Source of the DNA: Octopus sinensis
Taxonomy: Eukaryota
Length of the DNA: 64,000 bases
NCBI RefSeq assembly: GCF_006345805.1
Contig: NC_043012.1
Coordinates: 39,742,001-39,806,000, forward strand
Direction: 5' to 3'
Made by a program: the position numbers and the translations under genes. Below the pieces are notes generated by a model that saw nothing but the letters and a program-made list of their open reading frames with translations, had not been told where the DNA came from and did not search any database. Below, piece by piece: positions 1 to 13,925 of the stretch (position 1 is the stretch's first letter; every line of letters begins with the position of its first letter).

Positions 1-1089
1 TGATGGTATGTTGAATATGGTATGAGTGGCATAATGCTGAAGAAATTGGTAATGGTGATGATAATGATGTTGATGATGACGGTCGTATGGATAGAGACCG
101 TGGTGATGATTGTGAGAAAAGCTGTTAGCAATTCGCATACAACCAAGAATTGACAGAATTATACGTGAACTACAAACCTACACATCAACAACACATGCTT
201 AAATTACGCACATTTATACGCATTCACCTACTTGCATGTATGTATATAAACACAAAACTCACTTGCACGTACACTTACGCCTACAGACATACACCTACCC
301 TCACAAAAAAAAAACACAACTAAACAAACATGTATACACACACAACACACACAACACACACACGTATACACTCATACATAAGCATGCATACAAGTACGTA
401 ACTCGTACACAGAACAAAACAAAATTTTAAATAACCACTGCAGAAAAATGGCATTTGTTTAAACAAGTCCCAAGTAACGTCACATCTGGTAACAGCCATC
501 TTGTTTTTCGAATTTCTAAAGATCGATTGTTCATTGTTTTATCTCTTTCTTTATCAAGTTCCTCCTGGGGTTTATCAAAAAACTATTCTTTTGTTTTTAT
601 CACACACAAAGTATCCCCATCTAGTTGCCTACTTATCTATATTAACCTTATAATCTCTAACTGCCTACCTGTCTACCTCGCTACATGTCTAGGTAGTCCA
701 CCCAAGGGATATATTTGTAGTAGTGAAGCCAAAATGCTATTAGGGTTATATCGTGTATCGTTTCAGAAACGACGCACATTTCTTGTGGGTGATCCATATC
801 GTTTAAAATCGTTGGGCTGTCTATTAGAATGCCTTGTAAAATTCGTCTCGATTCTTTGAACGCTATGTTAAATAATCTCACCAAGATAATCTGAGCTTTT
901 TATTCTTTCGAGCTTGATAAATACAGTGCCAATCCAGCATTGTCGGTGATTCCTTTTCCAAGGAGAAATTGGATGGAATACACCAAGTTTAAATAGCCAA
1001 AACCACTGCTGACCCTAGCGACAGCCTCGCAACCGATTTCATTATGAGCTGAAGATTCAAAGCCAAACAGTGACAAAATTCATTATTTA

Positions 1090-1470
1090 CATTTGTCGGA
1101 TATTTGCCCTCATCTTGTTTGTTGTTAACACAACGTTTCGGCTGATATACTCTCCAGCCTTCATCAAGTGTCTTGGGGAAATTTCGTCACCCTACCAGGT
1201 GGATAGGGTGGCATGATAGGAAGGACCTAGAGCATTCGCTGGTTTCCATTGAAAATATAACCAACCAAAGACGTAACAAAATCATGGAGTGTCACAAAGA
1301 CATTGGCAGTCACTTGTTTACGGGTTCGATCCAATCACTGTTTCGTATATTGGGCAAGTATGGTTTTCTCTACTTGTTGTTCAGAGTTGACCGAAGACTT
1401 CTCACGAGAATAAACTGACAAAGATTGTGAAAGTGCATCTAATGAACGATATTATCGCTGTCGTCTCCAG
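1090..1470 (-). mobile_element. Penelope-like/retrozyme-type terminal repeat relic carrying a minimal hammerhead
   Basis: Minus strand reads GACAC-TTGATGA-A-GGCTG(gagagtatat)CAGCC-GAAA-CGTT-GTGTT within a non-microsatellite block; element boundaries approximate; PLE assignment inferred from the ribozyme type. Confidence 0.45.
1127..1172 (-). ncRNA. Minimal type I hammerhead ribozyme motif (C3U variant, GUU site)
   Basis: Stem I GACAC/GUGUU, core UUGAUGA plus extra A, stem II GGCUG/CAGCC, GAAA, palindromic ACGU stem III. Confidence 0.6.
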
Positions 1471-2009
1471 ATTTAATCCGTTTACGGTTTCAAAAACAAA
1501 TAGAAATAAAGTGAAATAAAAATATGCAACTCTTGTCCTTCAGGCACTTTAGAACACTTCAATGATGAGGCTGACGTTATAACGACCGCGTTGGCCAGTT
1601 TCAATTCAGATCATATCTTGATATCTAAATTTGTTAGTTCCCATACAGCAACACGAGATATATTGTTGTTCCTTATCAATCCCGTATCATTTCCAGCTTT
1701 TTACCCCCACGGTTCCCGGTACTATTAAGGACGCAACATAAGCTACTAGATATCAAATGAGACCCTGACCAAACTGCAACGCACGGCTCCAGAAGTTGTT
1801 AGAATTTTCTGTATGCATACAATTAATATATACTGCAAAACACTTACTAATTCAACTAGAAGTAACATTTGAAATAAGAACTTCAGTGATTCATGTAATT
1901 TTATAACTTAATAAGTAAAATAGTATTTAATTTTCGTTTATTATATTTTTTTAAATATTAAGAAAGAAAAACAAAAAATGAGTTAGAATAAAATATAATT
2001 AACTCCGGT

Positions 2010-2210
2010 TGCGAAAACATCCTGTCCCTAATACTATTACACGAACACACACACACACATACATATATACATATGTATGTATTTACGTACATATGTATAT
2101 ATACACATACACATATATACATGTATATATACATATGTATGTATTTACGTACATATGTATATATATACACATACACATATACATGTATACATATATATAT
2201 ATAATATATA

Positions 2211-2257
<47 letters not shown>

Positions 2258-2270
2258 AGCACACACACTC
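2010..2270. repeat. Compound (CA)/(TA)/(TATG) microsatellite with an internal ~60-bp duplication
   Basis: atatgtatgtatttacgtacatatgtatatatacacatacac occurs twice, followed by (TA)n. Confidence 0.9.
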
Positions 2271-2578
2271 ATAAATGTTCATATTGTTTGTTTCATTACC
2301 AATTAATAATTCCCAATTAAATTTGTAATATTTTTGTTGAATTCCTAATTATTTTGACAAGCAATTTTTTAAATAATTCCTTTGTTCGGATTCAACTAAT
2401 CGGAGACACATTATATAATTATAAATTATTTATCCCGGAAAACTAATTATCTACTCTTCTGTCTTAATACATAGACATTTGAAGACTCATTAATTAGTAT
2501 AAAATCGCTTGCTCTCCGCTAATGTATATATATATATATATATATATATATGCATATAGATACATAGACACATACATA

Positions 2579-2599
<21 letters not shown>

Positions 2600-2626
<27 letters not shown>

Positions 2627-4763
2627 ATATATTATATATATATTGTAGATGCATAAATTCAGAGAGAGAGAGAAAGATCAATATAATTATATGCATATAT
2701 ATATATATATATACACATGCATATAGGCACATATATTCGTGTATTTATTCACACAAACATGTAACTGTATGTATGCATATAAAGAATATAGAAACAGAGA
2801 TCAATATATGGTTGTATGTGTGTGTGTGTGTGAATAACGTAATTTTGTAGGCGTAATTTAAGCATGTATGTATGTCTGTATGTATGTATGTCTGTATGTA
2901 TGTATGTCTGTATGTATGTATGTCTGTATGTTCCGGCGTTAGGAAGCTTCGTGTGTAATTGTTTTCTATAGTGTGTCTGCAAATTATTTTCTTTATCTAA
3001 AATTTGAACGTAGAAAGTTGGAAACAGAAAAACAATGATAAGAACAAAGACACTAGCGAGAATAGAAAAACATCAGAGAGAGAAATAAAGATGGATGCTC
3101 CTCACCAAGATATTATTAAACCGTTTCAACGGAACTACGATGCAATCTATTAAATACCTCAAAGTGAAAGAGAACCAGGGGCAAGGAAAGCGATTTGTTT
3201 TCGGTTTAAATGGTTCATTTACCAGAATATGGTGGCGGTGGCTGATGTCGAAAAGGGCTGCTGTCGAAGTAAGTTGATCAATTTTCTTTTTCTTATGTTT
3301 AAGAAATTCTGATATCTTCTGATCCATAGCAATTAGAACTGGATTATTCATTTGCATTTTGAAAAAGATTGGTGGGGTGGTTAATCGCTTAGTGAAACTA
3401 GGGAAGAGAGACCTGCTCGTATATTCCGTTGGGTTACCGAGACTTGAAGAGGCCGCCTTCTGACAGAACACCTACATATAAGCACATGCACACAGACACA
3501 CACACACACATGCACATGTTTAATATTGGCAATTTGAAGAAAAGAGTAGCCAGTACCATAGTAGACATTAATAAAAATTGCCTGCAGACCCAGCATACCC
3601 ACAGGCAAAACTGCGAGCAGCAGGGGCCGACTCGACGACAATATAAAAATGTACGTATGAATGTCATGATATGTGTGATTCTGTATGTATGTATATATAT
3701 ATATATATATATATTGTAGATGCATAAATTCAGAGAGAGAGAGAAAGATCAATATAATTATATGCATATATATATATATATATACACATGCATATAGGCA
3801 CATATATTCGTGTATTTATTCACACAAACATGTAACTGTATGTATGCATATAAAGAAATATAGAAACAGAGATCAATATATGGTTGTATGTGTGTGTGTG
3901 TGTGAAAACGTAATTTTGTAGGCGTAATTTAAGCATGTATGTATGTCTGTATGTATGTATGTCTGTATGTATGTTGTCTGTATGTATGTATGTCTGTATG
4001 TTCCGGCGTTAGGAAGCTTCGTGTGTAATTGTTTTCTATAGTGTGTCTGCAAATTATTTTCTTTATCTAAAATTTGAACGTAGAAAGTTGGAAACAGAAA
4101 AACAATGATAAGAACAAAGACACTAGCGAGAATAGAAAAACATCAGAGAGAGAAATAAAGATGGATGCTCCTCACCAAGATATTATTAAACCGTTTCAAC
4201 GGAACTACGATGCAATCTATTAAATACCTCAAAGTGAAAGAGAACCAGGGGCAAGGAAAGCGATTTGTTTTCGGTTTAAATGGTTTATTTACCAGAATAT
4301 GGTGGCGGTGGCTGATGTCGAAAAGGGCTGCTGTCGAAGTAAGTTGATCAATTTTCTTTTTCTTATGTTTAAGAAATTCTGATATCTTCTGATCCATAGC
4401 AATTAGAACTGGATTATTCATTTGCATTTTGAAAAAGATTGGTGGGGTGGTTAATCGCTTAGTGAAACTGGGGAAGAGAGACCTGCTCGTATATTCCGTT
4501 GGGTTACCGAGACTTGAAGAGGCCGCCTTCTGACAGAACACCTACATATAAGCACATGCATACAGACATACACACACACACATGCACATGTTTAATATTG
4601 GCAATTTGAAGAAAAGAGTAGCCAGTACCGTAGTAGACATTAATAAAAATTGCCTGCAGACCCAGCATACCCACAGGCAAAACTGCGAGCAGCAGGGGCC
4701 GACTCGACGACAATATAAAAATGTACGTATGAATGTCATGATATGTGTGATTCTGTATGTATG

Positions 4764-4785
<22 letters not shown>
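2600..4785. repeat. Tandem duplication, two copies of ~1070 bp
   Basis: Unique sequence repeated at offset ~1070 (tattgtagatgcataaattc at ~2641 and ~3711); few substitutions (3216 c/4286 t; 3400 a/4470 g; 3558 a/4630 g); junctions lie in (TA)n. Confidence 0.95.
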
Positions 4786-4804
<19 letters not shown>

Positions 4805-6380
4805 CTGTGTTTCTGTATGTGTATGTATGCATGTGGGTGTGTATTTATACATGTATATATTTATGCATTTGTTTGTGTTTATGTATGTACGTATGTATGA
4901 AAACGCACACTCTAATCAGAAAATATGTGGCTAGAACCAGCGAATTGGTTATAAATCGAAAGAAAATAATGACACGGAACTTAAAGAGCATAAAACTGAT
5001 CTATTTTCTTCAAGAGAACTTTGCTGAAGATGAAATTGTCAATGCTGCCAGCAAAGTTTCAACTTGAAAGACGGAGATAATGAATATAAATTGAGGAAAG
5101 TAGACAAAGATTTCCTCTCAAGTCCTTTTATTGAATTTCGCAAGAAAAAAAAATCTAATTACTTTTGCCGACACTTAAATAATAAATTACCAGAAATTAT
5201 AGAGTTTAGCAAACAAAATAACACATTAGAAGGAACTAACAAGAAATCTAATATTTAAAAAACTACCAGTTCACAAATTTACTAAACTAATAAAAGCTGA
5301 AGATTTCTGTGGTATTATTGAGGGGTTGTTAGTGTAGAAAGAAGGTTTGGGGAATCATTTTGGTCAACATTTATCTCAACAGCTCAAACAGTGAAACCGT
5401 TCCAGTCTCAACCCACTCAGTCACTGTTCTTTGCTTTCTAGAACAAAGTGTGTCTCATTATTAAATATGTACTTCCTTTTTCTTTTCTTTTCTTCTCAGT
5501 ATGGCAGGGTTTAGAGTGAAGGACTTTTAGCTGTTATTTCTAGGATAGAGACATTCGGTTTAAGATTCTATTTCATGTGTCCTTCAATTTTTTTAAATGC
5601 TAAAGATGACTTCGTTGAAATTTCTAACAGGTTACGATACTATGTTGAGGCTCCGTTCGGAATTGTTGCTTACCCCCAAAACAGCACTGATTGGACAGAG
5701 CTGTGATATTAAGCGTAACAGCCGTGACCATCCCGTCTTTTACTTTTCAGTCATAATGTACCTGGTACTACAGTATTCGACGTCATTCCATTTTAACGAA
5801 ATAGGCAGTGATTTGAGGTGGAATTGGCTGCTATTTCTAGCCGGTTGTTCTATCACCTAGTGTCATAGTGTTTTGTTTAGCTCTTTGGGCATCTCTAATG
5901 CAATATATTGAAAGACGTTCCAACAATGACCATCGCATCTATCTCTGTTCAAATATGTTTGTATGTAGTAATACACAATCAAGTATGTCTTCTTTTTGTA
6001 TCATGACAATATGCTGTCATCTGAAAGAGCTGTTATTTCTAACAACACAAACAACCACATTGAAAGACTGTTGTTGTTTTGAAAGATTGTATGAAACCTA
6101 TTTCCAAACCTAGTTTTATTTCATTTTATTTCGTTTACTTTTATTTTCTACCTTCTTAGTCAAAAGATAAAGCGATGCGTCCATAGCATTTAACGCCCCC
6201 ACCACCGCTGTTTGGGACCGGCTGATACTAAACAGGATCTGGTTTAACTCCAACTGCTGTTTCATATTTGTAAGAAGGGTGGGATGTTACAGGGAGGGCT
6301 TCATTACGAGAAGGTAGATCAAAGATGAATGTTATTCCATCTGACACCATTCACTATTTTATTTTTCGGGCTTATCGTTC

Positions 6381-6415
<35 letters not shown>

Positions 6416-6610
6416 GACGGCTGGACTGTTTCTCTGCTTCTAGCAGGCCGAGTAACTACAGAGGGTTTCTGGTCGGGAGAAAGAACGGGTTAAATATGTG
6501 GGGTGTAGTCTGAGCAAGGTTAGGAGGAGAAAAGTAGTGGAGAGGTGACGGAATTGGATGTTTCACAGCATTTAGAGTAAAAGGCTGATATTGTTGTTGT
6601 TGTTGTTATT

Positions 6611-6660
<50 letters not shown>

Positions 6661-7288
6661 CGTTGCTTCTGCAGCAGGAGGGGGAGTAGGCTGAGGACAC
6701 CAAACAACGTTACCGAGGAAGTATGTACATCAACTTTGATGATATAAATAAAGTTTTACCAAACTTCACTCCATTTACTCTCACCTTACCATTAAACATG
6801 AATGAACTTCATTCGGCCTCAAGTATTTCCGATATATTTTACCTGTATGAAAGTACCAATGATAATGCTGAGAGCGCCGGATAAAATATCTTGAGGTATT
6901 TAATTACGGCTCTTTAGATTCTGATTTTGAATCGATCTAGGGCCGATCTTGCTAACAGCCATCCGAGGTAGATTACATTGTGTCAGAAACTGGAATGGGG
7001 TGAAGCTGTCGTTTCTCTACCCCGAAGTCCTGGTGCCAATAGTGAAAGTCAACAGTGTTGTTAAAAATAGGATAGAGCAGTAGCAGAGAAGTTAAAGTAC
7101 TCAACAAAATAACGGTAAGTTAGCAGATAGGGTAAGACAAGAGTCGACACGATGGTGGTAGAATGATTGTGATACTGCCAGTCTAGCGTGAAACGAAATG
7201 GTATTGGACTGGTAATATTGGAAGGATGTTGAACATAACAGCATTGAATTGTGAGTACGTCATGTAAAACGGTTTGCAATATTTAGAT

Positions 7289-7483
7289 CAGTGGTTCCCA
7301 AGGTGAGTGCTACTGCCCCCTTAGTGGGGGCGTTGAAGAAAAGTGGAATGATAACGGGGTGACTAAAAAGCGGCGTGGGGTGCAAAAATAAATAATGGGT
7401 TAATTACTCTTTACTCTTTTTACTTTAGAAATGTGTCCCAGGTGCCAAGGGGGCGGCAGCCTGAAAAAGTCTGAGAACCACTA
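7289..7483. mobile_element. hAT-type MITE (Charlie-like TIRs)
   Basis: Starts CAGTGGTTCCCAA and ends CTGAGAACCACTA (degenerate inverted repeat); 8-bp TSD not preserved. Confidence 0.55.
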
Positions 7484-7514
7484 AGGCAGCCTACATACAG
7501 TAAGGCAATACTTA

Positions 7515-7690
7515 GATACACTAGCACGCCGGACAAAATGCTTAGCGGCATTTGGTCCGCCTTTACCTTCTAAGTTCAAATTCCGACGAGGTTGACGTAT
7601 CCTTTCATCTTTTGGGGTCGACAAAATAAGCACCAGGAGAGCACTGCCTCTCCAAAAATTGCTGGCCTTGTGCCAAAATTTGAAACCAAT
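7515..7690 (+). mobile_element. SINE family D (caaaatgcttagcggcattt...gttcaaattcc...ggggtcga...aataagtaccag)
   Basis: B-box-like gttcaaat; same body recurs at 9262, 32436, 32958, 37503, 39075 and 44280. Confidence 0.8.
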
Positions 7691-7792
7691 ATTTGGATCA
7701 CTACGCCATATTTCCGATCTCTAATCCCGCCAAGCTAGACTTTTACATTTATCCTTCCATGGGCCGATATAGCATCGATCGTAATCAATAAC

Positions 7793-7845
<53 letters not shown>

Positions 7846-9194
7846 TATCTGGTCCTGTGTCTGTGAGGAATCATTATTTTACTCAGACAGGATTATTCTT
7901 ATTATTCCAGTTCAAATCCGACTGAAGCCAATTTTGACAATCACCCGTCCGTTGTCAGAAAACATAAAATATCAATCAAATATCGGAGTCGATTTAACCG
8001 ATTACACTCTAGCCCTCCCCTAAATTGGGAATCCCTGTGCCTCTGCTACAGTAAAAAAAAAATCAATATTATTGCTATGGATGGATAAGTTCTGTAAACT
8101 AAGTTGCCTCGCTGCAAATCTACCATTTTTTATTAGGTAAAATGGAGGTGATTCGCGTTTGTAACCACCCTCGCTTTCTTTCGTTCTCTCTCAGTTTCTT
8201 TCACTTTCTCTCTCTCTCTCTCTCTCTCGCTCTCTCTTCTCGTTATGGTTTGTTTCTCCCTCTTTCCTTGTTATGCTTTGTTTCTCTCTCTCTTTCACAT
8301 TAGTCGTGTTTTATTTTCCCAACTAGCCATTAGACATGTCTTTTCTTTTGCCGATCTTTCAGTTATGTCTCATTTCCTGATTTATCGCCTAATAATACTC
8401 TAGTTTTCCGATCTCCACTTTAGTCACGTCACATTATCACATCTGTCCATTGGCTATGTCTAACTATCGATTGAAACCTTTCTATACCGACCTGTGTATG
8501 CGTGTGTGTGTGTCTGTGTGTCAGTATGGACGTATATCTGCGTATGTGTACGTCTCTGTGTATGGGTGTGAGGATAGTTATATGTCGTATCTTAGCGTGT
8601 GTGTTTGTATATGATAATATGTGTCTATGTATATATATATAATATATGTGTGTGTGATTACCTATATCTCAGTATATAGATACGAGTATGCATGTGTGCA
8701 TATACATATATATGTTTGTGTGTTTCTCCTTGTCCACGTGTCTGGGGGTTATGTGGTGGTGTGTTGCGTCCAAATTTATATCAGTGTATTTGTGTCTGTA
8801 TGTATGTGGTTGTGTATTCACGTCTGACTATATATCATTGGTGGGTATGTGTATGGTTGTACAACATATTGTGTATAGTGTGTGTATATATAGTGCTATG
8901 TGTGTGTTTCTAATGCGTTCCGCTTGTCTATACAAAAAATATTGGCATCACAGAAAAATAAAACATTGAATAAGTAACGGATGTTAAAAATCATTCAAAT
9001 CATTTATGGTGATGATGATAATAATTATTGCTATCATCAACTACATCTTCACGACGACCAATACCAACGCCACCATCTGTTGGTGAGGGTGAGATCTTCT
9101 TTTGTGTTCAGTGTTTGGTTTTTGTTCCTCCTGTAGTTGGCATTCTTTCTGGGGTTTTTCAAACCTCTTTTGAAACGGAAATTACAACATAATG

Positions 9195-9216
9195 CAAAAT
9201 AATAATAATAATAATA

Positions 9217-9266
<50 letters not shown>
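9195..9266. repeat. (AAT)n microsatellite, probably the tail of the adjacent SINE
   Basis: Direct reading. Confidence 0.9.
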
Positions 9267-9268
<2 letters not shown>

Positions 9269-9482
9269 CTTTTCTGCTATAGGCACAAGGCTTGAAATTG
9301 TGGGGAGGGGACTAGTAGACGACAGCAACACCAGAGTTTCACTGGTACTTAATTTATCGACCCCGAAAGGATGAAAGGCAAAATCGACCTCAGTAGAATT
9401 TGAACTCGGAATGTGAAGACGGACGAAATATCGCTAAGCATTTTGCCCGGCATGGTAACGATTCTGCCAGCTCACCGCCTTC
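9262..9482 (-). mobile_element. SINE family D, near full length
   Basis: Minus strand ggcggtgagctggcagaatcgttacc...gttcaaattctactgaggtcgattttgcctttcatccttcggggtcgataaattaagtaccag, ending at (AAT)n. Confidence 0.85.
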
Positions 9483-10218
9483 AATAATAATGACGATGAT
9501 GATAATGATGACTTCATTCATTGGCCAGAAGGGCTCAAAGACATTGGGGGACATTACAAGGACGGAATACGAACACACACTGGTGGGGTTTACATCGAAT
9601 AAAAAGAGGGCAGGAAATATGTAGGATAGAAATATGAAAATTATATAAGAAAAGGAAAAGTTTCCTCGGCATGAAGGAAAGAGCATCCAGGGGAAATTAA
9701 GGGGTAAACTTACGCAAAAGCTCAGATTACGACAGTCAATGTTTTAAGAGGTAACTCTCCCATGTTCGTTCAAGTCAAAAAGCATGTTCAGGGTAGACGC
9801 ATTCAACCTCGCCACTTCCGTCACTCTCACCAATCTCAAGCTATGACTGAATAGTTAAGAATTGCTGTTTGCGAACTTAATCAAGCACTCGATCTGGGTT
9901 CGACCCCACCTCCAGGGTATCCTGTTCAAGTGCATTTTCCTTAGTCTCGTGTTGCCCTAAGCCTTGTGAAGGAATTTGACAAGACGGAGACTGTAAAGAA
10001 GCTTGTTCCATGAATCGTACAAATCATTCAACAAAACCAATGTTGTCACACAGACTGTCTCTATGAGAGTTACGCTAAAGACGGACGTTACTGTCTGTGA
10101 AATACTCAACCACTTCACGCTTTAATTCAGTGAGTTGATTGTCTAGTTGATCGAAGACCATATACATCGAAATCGATGTGAGAGTTCACCGTAATGCTCA
10201 TATGTATATAAATATATA

Positions 10219-10274
<56 letters not shown>

Positions 10275-11769
10275 CTATGTATACACACATTCATATGGGC
10301 ATTATCGTTTCTACTTATTAAAAGGCAACAAGACAGTTTTTTTTTCTCTCATCAACGAAACTGACGACAACAAAAGCTTTGCCAGCACAATAAACAACAT
10401 CACATGAGATTTAATCCAGTTTTAACTTATTGATCAGATAGTAATCGGTATAAAATACAAAATAGATATTACAAATACGTCAGTATCACACTATGAGGAC
10501 ATATGCCCTTCCGGATCCCTTAACGCAATCACAGATGCTACGTACTTATTTCGTGGTGCTGCTTCGTAGAACAACTCCACAAATCTCTCTGCCACGCTAG
10601 CATGGCAAGCTTGGAGCGTTTTACTTGGTTCCGACATCTTCCGTATTCAGGAGATGGAGTCAAGCAGTTGTCCAAAGTTGAAACCCCAATACTAACGCCC
10701 AGAACTAATTTCATGTATCCGTTACGTTTGTCTGCAAGTGATAAATATCTGCTGGTTGTAGACCATGGGTGTCTCTGATTTCGGTTAACCATCCCTTGTT
10801 TATCACCAGATTCCCTCACCAACTGCCACTCTTTCCATCTGCGTGTTATTTTCCCTCTTCACTTCACCTGAAAATGTCTACACAATTTGAAGCACCTCCT
10901 CCCTAACAAAATATTTCTGGCATGATATATATTTCAACAAGCAGTTTGGTTCCATGCCCTACCCTCCCGAAAACACTAGAAAACCATAATATTCGTTCGA
11001 GAGTCTAAATAAAGGTAACTGATTACAGTTTAAGACTCTACTCTTCCTGAGAATTATATTCTCATAACTTTTCATTATAAGAATCTGTCTTAGATTCTGT
11101 GAGTTTTGTTACTTACATCTACAAAGTCCAAAAGTGGTTACAAAACTAAAAACGCCAAACAAGCGTTCCTCACCCAGAGAGGTTCCATTGTGGAGGCACA
11201 ACCACAATAGGAACGATCCTTTCATTCAAGAAGCAGAACTCCACTTTGTGCTAATTGCTTTTCTTTATCTAGTGCTTGAGAAGATACAGTCACCATAACC
11301 ACTGCTACTACAGCCGATACTATCGCCAACATTAACACTAACACCGCTACTTCAGCCTAAACACCAGGATTAAAACCGGTGCAACCACCACGACACTTCA
11401 TGTAACTAGAACCAATATCTGTACATCTATGACCACCACCACTGCAAAGACAAGCACAATACATAAATACAATGCTACAATACCGTAATAAACATCATCA
11501 ACATTTTTATTATTGTTGTTGTTGTTGTTGCTGTTGATGATGGTAATGATTGACGATTATAATGATCTTGATGATAATGAGAATGTTAATGATGATAATG
11601 ATGATAAGAATGTAAATACTGATGATGATGATGATGACGACGAAGTTAAGTGCTGCATTACTTTCAACTTACTTTCACATTAAATATCCATTAATGTTAT
11701 TTGAAATTTATCTTTACTTTTATGTTTGCGCGCGCGCGTGTGTGTGTGACGTAATTGCTTTTGCAGCAT

Positions 11770-11822
<53 letters not shown>

Positions 11823-12000
11823 TTCGTTGTTGTTGTTGTTCAAAATAGTTGTGCCAGCAGTAGTTTTGTTGCCCTGGTTGATGTCGTTAATATTATAAAT
11901 ATTATTGTTATTAATAATCTCTAATACATTTATCTTCATCTTGTTGTTGTTACTGTTTATTAATTAGGAAACAGTAGATTTTCGTGTTATTACCGTTGAC

Positions 12001-12034
<34 letters not shown>

Positions 12035-12223
12035 CCGCTTACTTCCTCCTCTTTAACTACAAACACATTAACAGTGCAAACTTAAATTAATACACACACT
12101 CACACATAATTATATATATATATATATATATACACATGCATATATGCACGCAAATTAATACATATGTGCGTAGGCGTAGATATGTAAATGAATGTGTGTA
12201 GATGTATATGGGCGTATTTATAT

Positions 12224-12315
<92 letters not shown>

Positions 12316-12938
12316 GTATACATACACACAAATATGTAAACATATTTATACAAACAATTGTGTAGTTATAAATACACACGTACGCAAATGTATATATATA
12401 TATATATATATATATACAAACACAAATGTGCAAATGTAAAACTATACTAACATATATGTGGAAACAGGTACAGACGAATATATGTCAGCATATATATGTA
12501 TATATATATCAACACATATTCGTCTGTGTCTCTGAGTGTGTGTGTATGTGCCTATAATGAAAAGATATTTACCATACAATAAAATAAAAGATAAATAAAT
12601 CCATAAATAACGATATTTAGACATTCAGAAATTTTATAGATAGAATTATATGAACAAAGATATAGAGACTTTTTAATGAAGTGTATATTCTGATTAATAT
12701 TCAATAGTTGGCGTATACATCAATTGAACAGATTCAAGGATAAAGTGTCACTTGACGGTTTCGCTTTGTCTTATCTTGTTTATGTATTCTTGCTACAAGA
12801 ATAACTGCTATTTCCTGCCAAGTGTTGTTGTTGCTCTTCCTGTTCCTCAAATTATATATGAAACTTCCCACTACTAACGCCTCCATTGTATGTATCTATG
12901 CGTATATATATATATATATAAATATATGTATATATATA

Positions 12939-12973
<35 letters not shown>

Positions 12974-13014
12974 TATATTATATAATATATATATATATAT
13001 ATAGTATATATAAG

Positions 13015-13022
13015 ATAGATAG

Positions 13023-13086
<64 letters not shown>

Positions 13087-13130
13087 CAGATAGATAGATA
13101 GATGATAGATAGATAGATAGATAGATAGAT
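13015..13130. repeat. (GATA)n microsatellite within a large TA-rich block (12.9-13.3 kb)
   Basis: Direct reading. Confidence 0.95.
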
Positions 13131-13146
13131 AGGTATGTGTATGTAT

Positions 13147-13178
<32 letters not shown>

Positions 13179-13644
13179 ATAAATAAATATATATATATAT
13201 AATAAATATATATATATATATATATACATACACATAGACAAGCGCAAATATATATATTGTAGCTATAGAGGTATGTAGACATATGGATAGATAGATAGAT
13301 TCTTGAAAAGATAATACACGTCTAATTCTGAACTCTATAAATGCGTATATTTATATATTTATGTGTCTATTAATGTGTATGTATAAGTTTATATGTATGT
13401 GTGTACATAAGTTTGTATTCATATATGTATGTCAACTTATTCATGAATATATATATGTATGTATGTATGTGTGCATATATATACGTGTGTGTGTGTGTGT
13501 GCGTGTGTGTGTGCGTGTATGAGTGAATGTGTATGAGTGTTTGTGCATCTAGATTAAGCATTGTTTATATTTTATATTAAATCAAACAGTAAATGCTATA
13601 AATCTGTGAATAATTTTACATATGTCTTGGTAACTGATATGAAT

Positions 13645-13676
<32 letters not shown>

Positions 13677-13777
13677 ATACATATATAGGATATACGTGTA
13701 TTCGTAGGCGTATGATATAGATACATACTTATGATAAACATTGGTGTATATATATATATAACATATATATATATATA

Positions 13778-13778
13778 G

Positions 13779-13831
<53 letters not shown>

Positions 13832-13879
13832 TATAAATATGTTTGTGATATATAGTATATATATATGATATGTATAATG

Positions 13880-13925
<46 letters not shown>

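Noticed and set aside
1543-1727. ~60 open codons after a cttcag acceptor
   Set aside because: No recognisable homology, and ORFs of this length arise by chance; similar isolated acceptors at ~5497, ~17808 and ~33444 could not be joined into a gene.
4880-5258. Coding-looking AT-rich stretch
   Set aside because: In-frame stops, no recognisable domain and no good splice sites.
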